Made by a program: the position numbers and the translations under genes. Shown here piece by piece: positions 22,016-35,400 of a stretch of DNA of 64,000 nucleotides. The notes below the pieces were generated by a model. The model had not been told where the DNA came from. It was given only the letters and a program-made list of their open reading frames with translations, and ran no database searches. Each line of letters begins with the position of its first letter. Within the stretch, counting starts at the first letter, position 1. Origin of the DNA: Pelagomonas calceolata (Eukaryota); contig CAKKNE010000005.1 of NCBI GenBank assembly GCA_918797485.1, positions 3,720,001-3,784,000 on the forward strand. Direction: 5' to 3'.

Positions 22016-23407
22016 TTACTTAGAGGTCTCTTCGATGCCGAACTTCGTAAACAAGCCGCTGAGGGCCGCCACCGACGCAAAGCCCAGATAAACGGTCGGG
22101 ATCGAGTACTTGTTGATGAGCGGCAGGAACGCGGCCCCGACGACGGCGTTCCAGCCCCAGTGCGACAGCATCGCCACACTTCCGCCCTTGCCCCGCAGCT
22201 CCGCCGGGAACAGCTCCGGGACGAGTAGCGAGGGCACGGGGCCGCTGCCGCAGGAGAAGGCGAAGACGTACGCGACCGTGCCTAGGAGCGTGATCGCCGT
22301 CAGCAGGGGCGTGCCCGCCAAGGCTGGTGATGCAAGGCATCCCCCCATGACGGCCATGCTGGAAGCCATGCCCGCGTACGACGCCGAGAGCATCGTCGTG
22401 CGGCCGAAGCGGTCTATCAATGGTGCGGCAACAAAGGCCGTGCCGGCCACGTTCACCAGCATCACTAGCAGTGAAGACAGGACGGCGGACGTGACGCCCG
22501 CGTCCCGGAAGATCTGCGTGCTGAAGTACACCACAGCATTGATACCTGATAATTGTTGACACACAAAAAGTAAGAATGCGGTCAGAGTAGCTCTCCGGTA
22601 CTTTTTGGAGACCATCGTGGACCACCCCGCCGTCTTCACTTCATCAGATGAGGATGAGGCCATCTCGGTCGAAGCGTCGGCGCCCCAGAGTCGCTCCGCG
22701 TCCCGCTGGGCCGTTTGGCTCAAGGGCCAGCGCGGCGACTCCGGGATCTTGAACGTGAGCATCAAGTGCAATAGCGTAGGTACCAGAGCCCCGGCGAACA
22801 TGGGCCGCCATCTTTTTGCGGGGGAGGTCGGCGTGACGCCCAAGCCAGCTACTATTGATGCGACGATGCCCAGACATATGGCCACCTGGTTCAGGGCGCC
22901 GTTCCTCCCTCGTTTCGCCGCGGGCGACACCTCGGACACGTACAAGGGCGCCACGGCACTTACAAGACCAATGCCGACGCCGGCCAGCGTGCGCGCGTAG
23001 ATCAAATGCTCCAGTGAAGTTGCCGTCGAGCAGCCCACGGCCGCCAATAGTAGTGTAAGGCAGTTCCAGCGCAACGCGCCTCGTCTACCAAGTCGGTCCG
23101 CCGCGGGTCCCGCCAGCAAGGCGCCGCCCGCCGCTCCCACCAAAGTGGACGAAACGACGGCGCCGCTGCCCGCGTCCCCGAAGCCCATGGACGCCGCCAT
23201 CGCCTGCAGCGGCGCGTTGACGACCCCCAAATGGTAGCCAAATAACGACACGCCGACGCAGGCGCCGGCGACCGCCAAAGGCGCCTCGGCTTTTGCGGTC
23301 GTCGCGCCTCCTGCAGACGCGCGGAGCTTCGTCTTTATGGATCTTCTCGTGGGGAGGCTGAGGGCTTTCGTCGTGTAGAGGATCGCGGCGAGGGCGAGGC
23401 GAGACAT
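22016..23407 (-). CDS. MFS sugar porter (plastidic glucose transporter-like) with N-terminal signal
   Basis: LFGYHLGVVN, ADRLGRR, PLYVSEVSP..RG, PESPRW, QQLSGINAVVYFS, PELFP..RG. Confidence 0.9.
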   Translation of the reverse strand: MSRLALAAILYTTKALSLPTRRSIKTKLRASAGGATTAKAEAPLAVAGACVGVSLFGYHLGVVNAPLQAMAASMGFGDAGSGAVVSSTLVGAAGGALLAGPAADRLGRRGALRWNCLTLLLAAVGCSTATSLEHLIYARTLAGVGIGLVSAVAPLYVSEVSPAAKRGRNGALNQVAICLGIVASIVAGLGVTPTSPAKRWRPMFAGALVPTLLHLMLTFKIPESPRWPLSQTAQRDAERLWGADASTEMASSSSDEVKTAGWSTMVSKKYRRATLTAFLLFVCQQLSGINAVVYFSTQIFRDAGVTSAVLSSLLVMLVNVAGTAFVAAPLIDRFGRTTMLSASYAGMASSMAVMGGCLASPALAGTPLLTAITLLGTVAYVFAFSCGSGPVPSLLVPELFPAELRGKGGSVAMLSHWGWNAVVGAAFLPLINKYSIPTVYLGFASVAALSGLFTKFGIEETSK

Positions 23408-23608
23408 CTTTGCTTCAGCGCTTCGCTTTGCAATGGTTGGCTTTGAGCAGCTTGGTTGCACAGCCTTTGTTGTTGTGTCTACGCGCTCGGCTTGCAGGGC
23501 TGTTGCGGGTGCTTGTTAGCACGGCAAATGCAGTCTTGTTAGGCAAGTTGCGGCGGAATCCGTCGAGCACTCGTGCTGCTTCACCTCGCGTCGGAGAGCA
23601 AAATAGTT

Positions 23609-23689
23609 CTAGCGTGTGGTGACACACTAGCACGCATTGAATCGGTGTGTGCCCCCAGGGCTCCGCCCACTAGTCCTAGCACCGTAACA
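23609..23689 (+). promoter_or_regulatory. Bipartite CTAG motif plus 33-bp repeat
   Basis: ctagcgtgtggtgacacactagc; second copy of the 2586-2618 repeat. Confidence 0.55.
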
Positions 23690-23769
23690 ATATACATCTA
23701 CAAGCCCGACGCCATCGACGCGAAGATAAAAGCTAGCGCGCCACAACTTACTTCGTACACAAAACAGGA

Positions 23770-24849
23770 CTACCACGCCTCCGACTCCATCAAAGGGTCC
23801 TCGGGCACGTCTTTTAATGAGAAGAACCTGTGCTTCACGCTTCTACCGTGAACGCAGACGCACCTCAACCCCGACCGCTCTTCGGAACAGCCCCGCTTTT
23901 TCCAGTCGAAGCCGTCCAACCCCAGCCGATCCTCCTCGTCCACACCAACCTTCCACGCTAAAGCACAACCAACAGCAGACGTCACGACGACCTCCAACTC
24001 GTCCGAGAAGCCCCCCGCGTTGCGATGGAAGTGCCCGCAGAACCACTTCGCGCGTCTGTCCAATCTTCGAATTTGAGCTAATAGATGCCTCCTTACTGCA
24101 GGTTCGTGGTTGAAGTAGCCCTTCGGCTCGTCGTCAGCGAATATGAACGGTGGTATGTGCGAGAAAATCAGAGAAGGCTCATCTGGAGGTAAACTATCTA
24201 ACCAGTTATCCTGCTGCCGGGCTACTGGCGTTATTTCAGCGCACTGCTCCTTCCGCAAACCTTGCCAGAACTTCTCTTTGCTGTTGACGAGTTGCGAGTT
24301 GATGACGACGCATCGATGATCCCCACATCGGAACAGCCCGTAGTCCTCTCCATAATTATTGCGGAAGTCCCGGATAGATTTTCGGGAAGGCACATTGCCG
24401 ACATCATGATTGCCGCACAAACAGACCAAGCCGATCGACGAATCCACTCGACTAAGCGCCGACTGCAGCGATTTTGTTTGCTTAGCTTTCCTTCCATCAT
24501 TACCCTTCTCGCCGACATTCTCGGGGAATTCGTGGACCAAATCCCCGCAAACGATCGCGAACTTCGGCTTGAGGCGGTTGATGTGGTCCACAGCTTTTGT
24601 GAGCGTCGCCGTCTCCTCGTCCCATGTACCATCCTCCTGGTCCGAGTTGAGCATGCCCAGCTGCGGGTCCGCGAGCTGGACGAAGAGCCAGGGGTCACTT
24701 GTGTTTGTTTGTACATCATTTAAACCGGTGGGAAACCGCGTGACCTCGCCGGCGGCGGCGGCCGCGTCGGCGGCGAGGCGGTGGCCGCGCGGCGGCACCT
24801 CGGCCGTGGCGGCGAGCGTTTCCTCGGCGGCGTCGAGCTGCGCCGACAT
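23770..24849 (-). CDS. CPPED1: Calcineurin-like metallophosphoesterase, CPPED1-like
   Basis: FVQLADPQLG, VCGDLVH, GNHDVG, FSHIP, FCGHFHRN. Confidence 0.85.
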   Translation of the reverse strand: MSAQLDAAEETLAATAEVPPRGHRLAADAAAAAGEVTRFPTGLNDVQTNTSDPWLFVQLADPQLGMLNSDQEDGTWDEETATLTKAVDHINRLKPKFAIVCGDLVHEFPENVGEKGNDGRKAKQTKSLQSALSRVDSSIGLVCLCGNHDVGNVPSRKSIRDFRNNYGEDYGLFRCGDHRCVVINSQLVNSKEKFWQGLRKEQCAEITPVARQQDNWLDSLPPDEPSLIFSHIPPFIFADDEPKGYFNHEPAVRRHLLAQIRRLDRRAKWFCGHFHRNAGGFSDELEVVVTSAVGCALAWKVGVDEEDRLGLDGFDWKKRGCSEERSGLRCVCVHGRSVKHRFFSLKDVPEDPLMESEAW

Positions 24850-25050
24850 GGTTTGTTGCTGCGCGTTCGCAGCGCTCTCCGGCGCTGCCTGTGGCCGGGT
24901 CGGTAGCAGCTCTGCGAACCGGGGTTTCACCACCGCTCTTGCGTGTCTGGGGCAGCTCAGGTGATCGAGGGCCGTCGCCTATGCCTCGTTTGACTCGCGA
25001 GTGCGCCCTAACAGCAGCTATTTTCAGGAGGCACAGCCCCTGTTGAGCAG

Positions 25051-25073
25051 GCTAGTGTCTTACATTCCGCTAG
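25051..25073 (-). promoter_or_regulatory. Bipartite CTAG promoter motif
   Basis: Reverse: ctagcggaatgtaagacactagc. Confidence 0.55.
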
Positions 25074-25326
25074 GGCGAAAGAATAAAGAGGCAATTGCGG
25101 AAGGAGAGGCACGCGGAGCAAGCATTCGTGCAAGCTGCGCACGATTCAGGACCTGTGATAGCGCATCTCTCCGACGCCGACGAGTTGCGACGGCCGCTGC
25201 GCCTGCCCGGTCAAATACAACCCTCATACGCCTGCAATGGTGCTCGAATAAGCCGGGCGCCGTGGAGTTGTTAAGAGAGGGCCGCGGAGCTGAGTCGAGA
25301 CGCCTAAGAGCGTCCATCGGTTCAAG

Positions 25327-26232
25327 ATGGCCACGACGCAAGTCATCGACCTGCTCCTGCAAGACGGCTCGGACTACGAGTCGACCGTCGGCATAGTAGG
25401 TCTACTCTACGCCACTGTAGCAGCCCACGCCGGCGCCGCGTATAGACGAACACCAAAACAAAAAACACGAGCACGAAGACTGACGGGGTCGCTCGGCGCC
25501 GCGTCCACGATACGTGCTTTAGGATTTGCGGCCTTTGCCATCCTCACGCACGCCCCGGGCACGCGCAGCCGCCTCTTCGCGAAAGGCGTAGTCGTGCTCC
25601 TCTGCGTGCCCGACTTTATCGTGGTGTCGTCCTACGCGCTGCTCATCGTCGTGTGGTTCGAATGCTTCCTGGACGCGAGGAGGCACTGGCTCGACCGGAA
25701 CCAGTACAGATGGCATTTTAGGATTGCGTACTTCGGGCTGAACGTGGTCTTGGTGGGCGCGATGGTCTTGCTGTATGCGCTCATCTTCTTCAGTGGAATA
25801 GACGGCGTGCGCTACACGTACGTGGCGCTCGCCGCCGTATCCATCGCGGCACCCGTGGCGCACTGCGCTTTATATGTGACGCTCTCGTTGCAGTTCGCGC
25901 CGTTCCCGTTGCGGGGCGGCGACGACGAGCATCGGGCTCATAGAAGTAGAGTGGTCGTGGCGTGGGCTTGTGGGCGGGCGCTCTGGGGGCTGGTGGTGGT
26001 GACGGCCTGCTCCCAGATAGGCACGGCGACGGCGTTGAGAAGGGACCCGCAGCTCGGCGGCGTCGCGCTGGCGGCGCTGTTCCTGTTCACGGAGGTGTGC
26101 CCCTTCGCATTGACGCTCGACAGCGGCTTCCTCGGGCTCGTCGACGGAGACGCCGTGACGACGGCGCCTCCTTCCCTATATGGGACGGCGCCCGCGGCTC
26201 CGCGGGTGGAAAGTTCGGGCCAGTTTGTGTAA
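25327..26232 (+). CDS. Multi-pass membrane protein, THH1/TOM1/GPR137-like (DUF1084)
   Basis: About 7 hydrophobic segments; RALGF, VPDFIVVSSYALLIVVWFE, LFTEVCP. Confidence 0.65.
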   Translation: MATTQVIDLLLQDGSDYESTVGIVGLLYATVAAHAGAAYRRTPKQKTRARRLTGSLGAASTIRALGFAAFAILTHAPGTRSRLFAKGVVVLLCVPDFIVVSSYALLIVVWFECFLDARRHWLDRNQYRWHFRIAYFGLNVVLVGAMVLLYALIFFSGIDGVRYTYVALAAVSIAAPVAHCALYVTLSLQFAPFPLRGGDDEHRAHRSRVVVAWACGRALWGLVVVTACSQIGTATALRRDPQLGGVALAALFLFTEVCPFALTLDSGFLGLVDGDAVTTAPPSLYGTAPAAPRVESSGQFV

Positions 26233-26435
26233 GAAATTTTACCTGTCTCTACTTCGCGGCGACGGCGAGCCGGCCCCGACGCGATCGACGCGGTCGCGGC
26301 GATGGCGTATGGGTGGCGCCAGACGCCATCGACGCGATGTTGTCTCCGTAGCTGCGTAGCTGCGTCTGCTCGATGGCGTGGAGGTTCACGGAGGTCTCCG
26401 AGTCCGCAAGGGCTAGGAAATACAATGAAGCCTAC

Positions 26436-29400
26436 TTAGAACTTCAGCGAGCAGAAGGCCGCCACCCCTCCTTTCGCCCACTCCAATTGATCCACTTTCC
26501 CGTCGTTGTTGACGCCGTCCTCGCGGTTCGACGGGATCTCGATCCACATGACGAAGTTCGTACTGTGCCCTGTTGTGGACAGCACTCCTCGTCGAGAGAG
26601 CACCTTGTAGATGGGGCATCTATATATTCCTCCGGTCGGCTCTGTTCTATCTTTGCAGGGCGAGAGGTGCATGATCGGGGCGGGAGAAAACAATTGTTTT
26701 GGTCTAGAATCATTGAGAGATCTAAGTTCCGGGTCCCAGCGCGCGCCCTCCAGGAACAGTCCCCGAATATAAACACCGTCCTGCGGCTTCGTCGTGATAC
26801 TTTCGGCACTAAAAGTATCTAGCATCAAAAAGTCAAAGGCGATCGTATCGATCGGATACTGCTTGCTTCGAGCGTAGTTCTGCATGGAGCCCGTCAAGAA
26901 GGCCTGCGGGAAGTAGAAGCCACTAATCCAGAAGGTCACGGGAATTCCCTTTGCAATCCAGTCCCGCACAAAGTCCAACCGCAACATGAGGTCGTCCGTC
27001 CACGGCCCCAATGGTTTTAATGAGGGATACGCTTTAGCTTCCCAGGCTCCGGGCACTTGACCTAAAGCGATCGACTGGCCCATGCTTTCCAATTCACCAG
27101 ACATCACTACTAAGCCTTGTAAAGCTTTATCTAACTGCGGCAGCGTCAGCTCCATGACGTCGACGAGTTTGTTATACCTAATGCACTCCTGGGCGAGCAC
27201 GGTGTTCATCGATTCTTCATACCTGCGCGGAGCCGTCGTATTTCAGCATGAGACGGTCGCGCGGCGGCGCGAGGTGGTCGACGCGCGTCGTCTCCAGGAA
27301 TGATGGAAGTGGGTGCTTTCTTTTTGGATTTTGAGTCGAATCGTCTCTCGACGCGGTCCGAACGGCCTCTTCAGCAAAATTGAAACCACCCACGCCCTCC
27401 TCTGATGGACACGAGTCGTTTGAATGAAGTGAAGGCGTCTCTACACGACGGGACGCCGAGATCGCACAGTACGGGGTACTGCATCTGGATGCCCGGCACG
27501 TCGAAGCGACCCCGCTGCGACAATTTCTCCGTTATGGCTGCCACTTCGTAGGCGATGAGTTCCTCGGACCCGCCGCCCCCACTACTCCCGCCGGACGCCT
27601 CCATCGTCAACAAAGTATCAAACATGCCCATCGCTTCCGTGAAGGCGCAGCTGATGTTCGCGTTCTCGTGCATGCCGAAGATCGCCGGCCCCGCGGTTAA
27701 TGGGAGCGTCTCGATGTAGTCCATGTAGCTTTGGTGCGGGTTTTCCGGGTCCGGGTCGATGCTTCGGTACGTCCCGGACGGCTCGAACGGATAGTCCTTC
27801 TCGAAGATAGCCGGTCGATAGAAGCTCTTCATGATGACGTCGCAGGTCCGGATATCGATGTAGTCCGTCACGCGCCCGCCGTAGTTTATATACGAGGTTA
27901 AAAAGCATAATACCCTGTAAGGAATCTCGTCGTACGCGTCTAAGAAGAGCTGCAACTGGTCTCTACTAATATCAAGGTCCGTCTCGTTGAACTCGTAGGG
28001 CACCTGCGCGGGAACGCGAGCGTCTCTGGTCCTTCAGTGAACCGGTTCGGACCGAGTCACGAAAACTTCAGGTTGAAAAACTGCATGCGACGCTGCGTCA
28101 GCACGTTCCAGCCGAGCGGGCCGAACTTGCGCCGCTCCTGGCAGCACGCGTGGAAGAAACATAAAGCGAACAACAATTTCCGATACGCGTCCGGCTTGTG
28201 CGTAATTTGGAGATCCGCGTCCGTCATCTTGTAGTACGTAGCTTTTAAATTTGCCTTGAGGCCTGCGTGGCACGTAGACGCTCCTGGGATCATGACGCAA
28301 CTTCAAGTTGAAGTTCAACACGCTGAGTCAGCACCCTTCGGCGGCTCGTTCGTCATCTTGACGCCATTTTGCAGTATTGAGACGGGAAATTGCGCGCAGG
28401 GCATGCTCGTGAGCCAGAGCCGGAAGTCCCTATGCGTCTTTTCCGGCGTCAAATTGTCGCAGAGCACCTCGAGGTTAATCAGCCAACTCACAAAAAGATG
28501 GCAGTTCTGCAAATAGACCCAGGTGCCCTTCTGGGCCGCGTCCTCGATCATCTGCGTGGCCTTGGGGCCCTGGCCCTGCGTGGAACGACGCCGTCGCGAC
28601 ACGGCCTCATGAAGACGCCATCGCCTCCACCAGATCAAGTTCAAGTTCATTTTTCACGCTGCGTCACGGACCTGGCCCAAGCTGAGACTTTGTACTTTTT
28701 TGTGGAACTTCATCTCGCCGCAGAAGATGTTGAAGGCTTTGGTGGGGTCGCTACCCTTGCTCAGTATAAATACTAACGGCGTCAAGTTGGACGAGTCCTT
28801 GTAGCAATTGGCCAGATTGAAGGGCGGGGGCTCGATGAACCTGCGTCGATTCATACCGTCACACGAAACTGCCGCGGCTCCCTCACGCGACGTGCAGACG
28901 CTCTGGCAGCCTCGTCGACGGCGTCACGGTGGCGGAACGTCGCATTGACGCCGTCGACGCGAAGTTGAAGTTGAGAAATTCAAAGAAATTGACGCCGAGT
29001 CAGCGACCTTTGACCCATCTTCTCGATCACGTAAGCCATGACGCCGTCCGTGACCTTGTCGACGCGCAGGCACCGCAGCACACACAACTTCTGGAAACTG
29101 TTGAGACAGTCGTTCCATTTATCGGGCAGCCTCTGTAGATGCGGCTCGACGCAATCAAAATAAGCCCGCCACGCTTGCAGGTGATTTTTGAAGTCGGCCG
29201 CGAAGCCCTCGAAATTGGCTGCCCCGGAAATGGCGCAGACCTCGGACCACATGCGCCCGTCGATCCAGCCGCCCGCGTTGCCCTCGGGCGCCGGGTTCTC
29301 CACGTCGACGGCAGCCGTCGTCTTCCCGGAAATGAGAAACCGCCACTCCGTCGCGTCGATCTCGTTCGAACCGTCGAGGATCTTCACCGTGAGTAGGAAG

Positions 29401-32400
29401 GAGAACAGGAGCTTGTCCTTCTCGAAGAGCGACCTGCGTGGCACGTCGACGCTCGTGTGATCATGACGACGCCATCACCACGTCATGTTGAAGTTCAATG
29501 AAGACGCTGAGTCAGCGCCGGCAGACGTTGACGTAGACGTAGTACGTGAAGAACGTGTTCAGGACGTCTAACCGCGCTTCGAGCGTCTCGGCCTTCTCCG
29601 CCTTCGAAATAGCGGCGACAAAGAGCGCCTGGAACCACTGCAGACTGTACTGGTACATCGGGTCGACCACGCACAGGTTCACGACCGAGAAATAGAGGAT
29701 CGTAGCCCTATAAGCCACGGGACGATACCTCTCGCGGTACGCGTCGATTTCCTGCTCCGTCACTTCCGCGTCCGCCACCTTCTCCGTGATGTCCGTCGAC
29801 GTGATTTTGGACGACGCGAGCGTCTCGATGAGCTGCGTGGGACGGTCGCGTCGACGGCGTCAACGTGTCAACTTCAAGGTCAACTTCAACACTGACTCAC
29901 GGACCTCGTGGTCATCTAAAATATTGCCGGTCGAGTTCGAGAGCATGTACAATATTTTGTCTTCGATCTCCTTGAGCTGCTTCTTCATGGACGCGTTGGC
30001 GACGACCTGCGCGGGATCACGATGTCCGAATCGGCTCGAAAAACCACCCCCGGCCTCGTCTGATGGCCACGAGTCGCATGGACGCCGCGAGACGCACGAG
30101 GCTGTTCTTCTTCTCGGCCATGTCCGGCCGCTCCTCCGCGACGACAACCCCAAGTAATTGGTCCTCGAGCCCGACCGGCGTGATGGCAAAATTTAAGAGA
30201 GACACCTTCACACAAACTTCCGGCGCGTAGTGCGGGTTCGGCAGGTTCGACGTCATGAAGAATTTGAAGCTGTCGTTCCACCTGCGTTCGGGGCAGTCGT
30301 ATCTCGGCGCGTGGCGGTCGCGCGGCGGCGTGAGGTGGTCGACGCGACTCGTCTCCGTCAGAGAAGGCGATGGGTGGTCTCTGGTCCTTCAATGAACCGG
30401 TTCGGACCGAATCGCGACTCGAACGGCGGTCGCGGTCTCGACGCGGTCCGAATGGCCTCAAATTTGGACCAGAGACCACCCACCGTCTTCTCTCATGGAG
30501 ACGAGTCGCGTCGATGGCGTGAAAGGGGACGCCGCGCGCGCGCGGGATCGTCGAGTCGCCGATCTTGATCATCTTCGTGCCGCCCTGGACGAACGTCTGT
30601 TGTAACAACAGCGGTTCCAAGGAGGCATCCAAGGTCTCGAGGACGTTCTCCATGAGGACCCACCGGCCAAACCTCACCGCATTTTCTAAAGTTCGCAGGT
30701 AATTCTTTTCCGTGAGCTTCGTGACCTCGATGCCTGCGTCGACCGACGGCGTCCCGCGCGACCATGAAGACGCCATCGACGCGACCACGTCAAGTTCAAG
30801 TTCATTTTCCACGCCGAGTCAGTGCCGTTCTCCGCGAGCGACGGGTCCCTGCCCATGTTCTTGATGTAGCGGTTCGCCTGGCCCTGGGGGTCGATGAGCA
30901 ACGGGAACCGGCGCGCCTTGGACATGATGATCCCGTTCTCGACGGACGACGCGTCCTGCGGCAATCCACAAATCGTCCAGGTCCGGATCGCGACCGGGTC
31001 CGCCAGCGTCTTCGTGATGGTGCAGCCCTCCATGTGTGGGACTGAAAGCTCCTCGAGCCTGCGTGTGTGACCCATGTCATCGTGCGATGGCCACGAGTCG
31101 CATGGGACGCCGCGGGCGCGCCGCGTCTGCCAGTGGTCCGTCATGCCCTTCCTAAAGGTAGGTGTAAAAGCTCCGGTATAAGCAATGGTCGCCGCGGAAA
31201 TCAGCGCGTCGCCCACCAGCTTCGCGTAGCTCAACTCGAGGGTCGCGCAGGACTCCGTCCAGCGCGTGCGCTCGCCGCCTAAACCCCCTATTAATTTTTT
31301 AGCCCTTTCAAGTCTCGCAGCACATTCTTCCACGTCGCGTTGTAATTGCATTTTTTTATCATTAGCTTCGTTGAACTCCTTCTCCAGTCTTTCAAGCTTG
31401 TCCATGACGGCTTTTAGTTTCGCCTGGGCCTCGGCCTGCGCGCGCGCCGCATTCACGGGAAGCGGTCCCATGTGGCGTCGCGTCGACGGCGTCCTGACGA
31501 CCACGTAGACTCGCGTGGGACCACGTTGTCTCGTGAAGACGCCATCGACGCGACCGCGGCCTCTCTGACGCGCAGCGACGATGGTGTCCGAAACAGCTCA
31601 AAAAACGACCCCCGGCATCGTGCGATGGATACAAGTTGATGACAGTTCAAGACGCGGAGCTACGCGCGAGCTTCTGCATCGTCTCCTCGAGCTCGGCCGT
31701 CGCCTCCGCTAACAATTTCTTCTTGGGCTCGACCATCACGCTGACCTGGTGGTACTTGTGCATGGCCCGCACCCACATGCACATGGCCGTGCAGGCCTTG
31801 GAAGCTTTTTGCACTTGCGCCGGCGTGAACGCCTCCATCTCGATGTAAGGGCCGATTTTGTCGATGATCTGCGCGGAACGACGGCGTCACGAAACCGTCT
31901 CCGGGCACTCCCGAGACGTGTCGACGCTCTGACGGCCACGTCGACGGCGTCACGGCGGTGTGGCATCGCGTTGACGCCATCTTCCCAAAATTCAAGTTGA
32001 GAAATTGAAGGAAATCACGCTGAGTCACTGACCTTCGTGGGAATGTTGTCCTTGTCGTAGTCCTTCATCTTGTCGATCAATTTCCCTCCTAAACTCAGTA
32101 ATTCCTTCTGGGCGGACTTGAAGTAGTTGGGGACCTTGCCCATGCCTGCGCGTGGTATCGTGGCGACGGCGTGCCGTCGCCTCGATGGCGTGCCGTCGCC
32201 GCGACGCCTCGGCGCCGTCGTCATGACCATCTGAGAGGCTTCGCGAGAGAGCCGCGGCCGCGTGTCGCGACGCGGTCCGAACGGCCTCGAAATCTCTCAA
32301 AAAACCACCCAGCGCCTCCTCTGATGAAGACGAGTCGCGTCGATGGCGTAAAGGACACTTACCATCAGGGTTCTTCTCCATCTCGGGCTTGACCGAGAAC

Positions 32401-35400
32401 ATGATGCAGCACGCCTCCATCGTCAGCTTGACGCCTGCGCGGCGGTTTCGCGTGGTGCGGGGGTCCTGCGGCGCTCTCACTTCCTCAATACGACTCGTGT
32501 CCATCTCAGGAGGCCGGGGGTGGTCTCTTTTTCGATTTTGGGCCGCGTCGCGACGCAAGGACACGGAGCGCACCGGCCGGCGGCTTGCCCATCGTCCGCA
32601 CCTCGTCGATATCTGACTTTTTTAGACTGTTAAGACACTTCACGGCCTCCTCCAACGCTGGCAACGCTTCGTCCAAATCTCTCTGGGCATCGTCCGCAAT
32701 CGCTTTCGTCTCGGCCGCCTTCGTCTGGGCCGCCTCCTCCTCGGCCGCGACGACCGTCTGCGTCTCGGCCGCGTCTCTCTTGTCCTTGTCGATGTTAATG
32801 ATCATCGCCTCGACCTCGCCCTGCGTCTTTATCAATACGGGCTCCATGGCCGTCAGTTTGACCTGCAAGTCTTCGACTTGTTCGGCCGTCGCGATCAGTT
32901 TATCTAAGCCTACTCGTAGGCGGTTCTTGAGCGTGCCCACTTCGTCGCGCTTCAACGCTAAAACTTGCTTGTACGTCGCGAGCAACTCGAGGTAGGACGT
33001 GGGCGTCACGTAGTTGTGCCGGCCGAGCTCGGCCAGAAAAGCTTCGGATCTACGCGCGACGAAGACGTGGGCGTCCTTGAAGAACGTGACGCACCTGCGT
33101 TTGATGGATACCGTCGCGACACGGCCACAGCTCTCTCACGCGACGCGTAGACGCTCCGACGGCCGCGTCGACGGCGTCGCGTGGGCGCCATCGACGCAAA
33201 TTCAAGTTGAGAAATCGACCAGCATCGGACGCTGAGTCAGCACGACTCGAGGTGAGCGTTGTTCTCGCCCAACTCCAAGTTCTCCTCCGTGAGGAGCCGA
33301 TGCGCGACGCTATGCAGGGCTTCGCGGGGCCTGCGTTGATACGACCAATCACGAGACTCGTCGAGAAGCGAGGCACGCGTCGTGACGACGCTCTCGGACG
33401 CCATCGCCTCCACCAGATCAAGTTCAAGGTCAACTTCAACACTGAGTCACGGGCCATTCGGCGAACCAGTCGATCGTGCTACAGTTGACCAATGACGGGA
33501 ACATCCTTAACCTGTTGCGGAACGCCTCGCCCAGCGGCGAGAAGCAGAGGATCAAGTGCAGGTTGGCCATGACGCGCGCGAGGTAACACGCAAAAATATT
33601 TAATTTGGTCGGCTGGAGGCGCTTCCGCATGCAGTCCTGCTTGCAGGCCGTCGTGATGGTCTCGTCGTCCTCGGGCACGTAGAGGTTCGGGACGTCGCCC
33701 TGCGTGGAATATCATGATGATGCAAGTTCAAGTTCAACTTCAACACTGAGTCACTTGCGGTATTTAAGACGTTGTTGATGTCCTCGAGCATGGCCTCAAA
33801 CACAATCTGCGTGTCGCTGAAGAGGAAGACGGCGGGCTGGGCCTTGATGCCCGCGTAGAGCAGGATCTCTTTGAGACTTTCGCGCCACTCCGACAGCCCT
33901 GTGTGGGAACGACGCCGTCGCGATACTCTCTCACGAGCCGCGTGGGCGCTCTGGTGATCATGAAGACGCCATCGCCGTGACCGCGTCAAGTTCAAGTTGA
34001 TTTTTCACGCCGAGTCAGTACCGTATCCTTTCGTGATTTCGATACTAAAAATCTTGCACTCGGCCATGAACGTCGACAAGCGTGAGAGACTTTGGCGGCC
34101 ACTCCCACCGACGCCCAGCAGCAGCATGTTGCCCTTCGGCTGGCGCAGCACGCGCGTGATGCGCGCCACGTGCGAGATCGCGTCCATGAACATGACGAGC
34201 CTGTGTGAAGTTCAAGTTGTGCTTCAATTCGGGGCCTCTCGCGGTCGTAGAGTTGCTACTCTCTGGATACGGTCGAGGGTATCAGAGGGACGTCGTGCTC
34301 GAGTTTGAGCCGAAAACATGGCCGCGGTGCCGAGATAGATGTCCACACCGTGACGCGCGGCATCGGCTGCTTCGACTCCGCATTATAATCATTGAGGTAC
34401 TCCTCGATGGTCGGTTGCAGCTGACTCATGTCCGAGACCTCCTCGTAGATGCGCGGGTCGGCCCCCGGTACCATGAAATCGGCGATGACACAACTCGATA
34501 CTTCATACTCGTCGCCGCAGTGCTTCTTCGTACACTTTTCAAGTAAATCGTCGAACCAGACGTGGTCCTCTTGATTGATCAATCTATCGCCGAAAATTCG
34601 CTGATTTTCATGCGTGTACAGTCGGATCATGCTCTGCGCCGTCTTGAATTTGGATGGGAGGACCATGAGCACGCCCTGGAAGACTTTCGAAATGTCCCTC
34701 AGGTTGAACTGGTAGTGGCTCTTCGCGGGCGTCGGCCGCAGGTCTCTGAGTATGGTGTTGTAGATCTCGATCGTAGCGTCGACGACGCCGTTCGCCAGAC
34801 TCTTAACTTCGTCCTCCCAGCCCGGTGCATTCAAAAAATTCGTTAGGATGGTCTGGAAGATCCTTTGCATGCTGCTATCCTGCATCGGCGTGTAGCCGAC
34901 GGTGTTGAAGTGTCTTGGAAAGCGTGCTGATAGTGATTGCCTCCCACCTCCGGGAGGACCGCAGGCACAAACGAAGACCACATCAATAATCTGCCGAAAA
35001 GTAAGTGCTTTGCGGTCGTACCTGCGCGGAATGGACGCCGTCGCGAGGCGCGTCGACGCTCGTGTGATCATGAAGACGCCATCGTCCCAAAGTTCAAGTT
35101 GAGAAATCGAAGGAAATCGCGCCGAGTCAGCACCAGCCGCGGTTGTCGAACCACTGCCTCAATAATTCGATGGGCGGCTGCGCGCCGTACTCCTCCTTGA
35201 GGGGCATGTTCACGTCGTCCACAAAAAGTATGTATTTCTTGCCCGCGCTGGGCCCGAAGATGCCCTTGCGCCGTTTCTCGCACTTCGCGTCGAGCAAATC
35301 TTGGACTTGATTGGCCGACGTCTGCGCGCTGAAGGTCAGGCAGATGGGCACGTATTTCAGGGGGTTGAAGCCCCCTTGCAAGTGGCGGTTCACGTTCACC

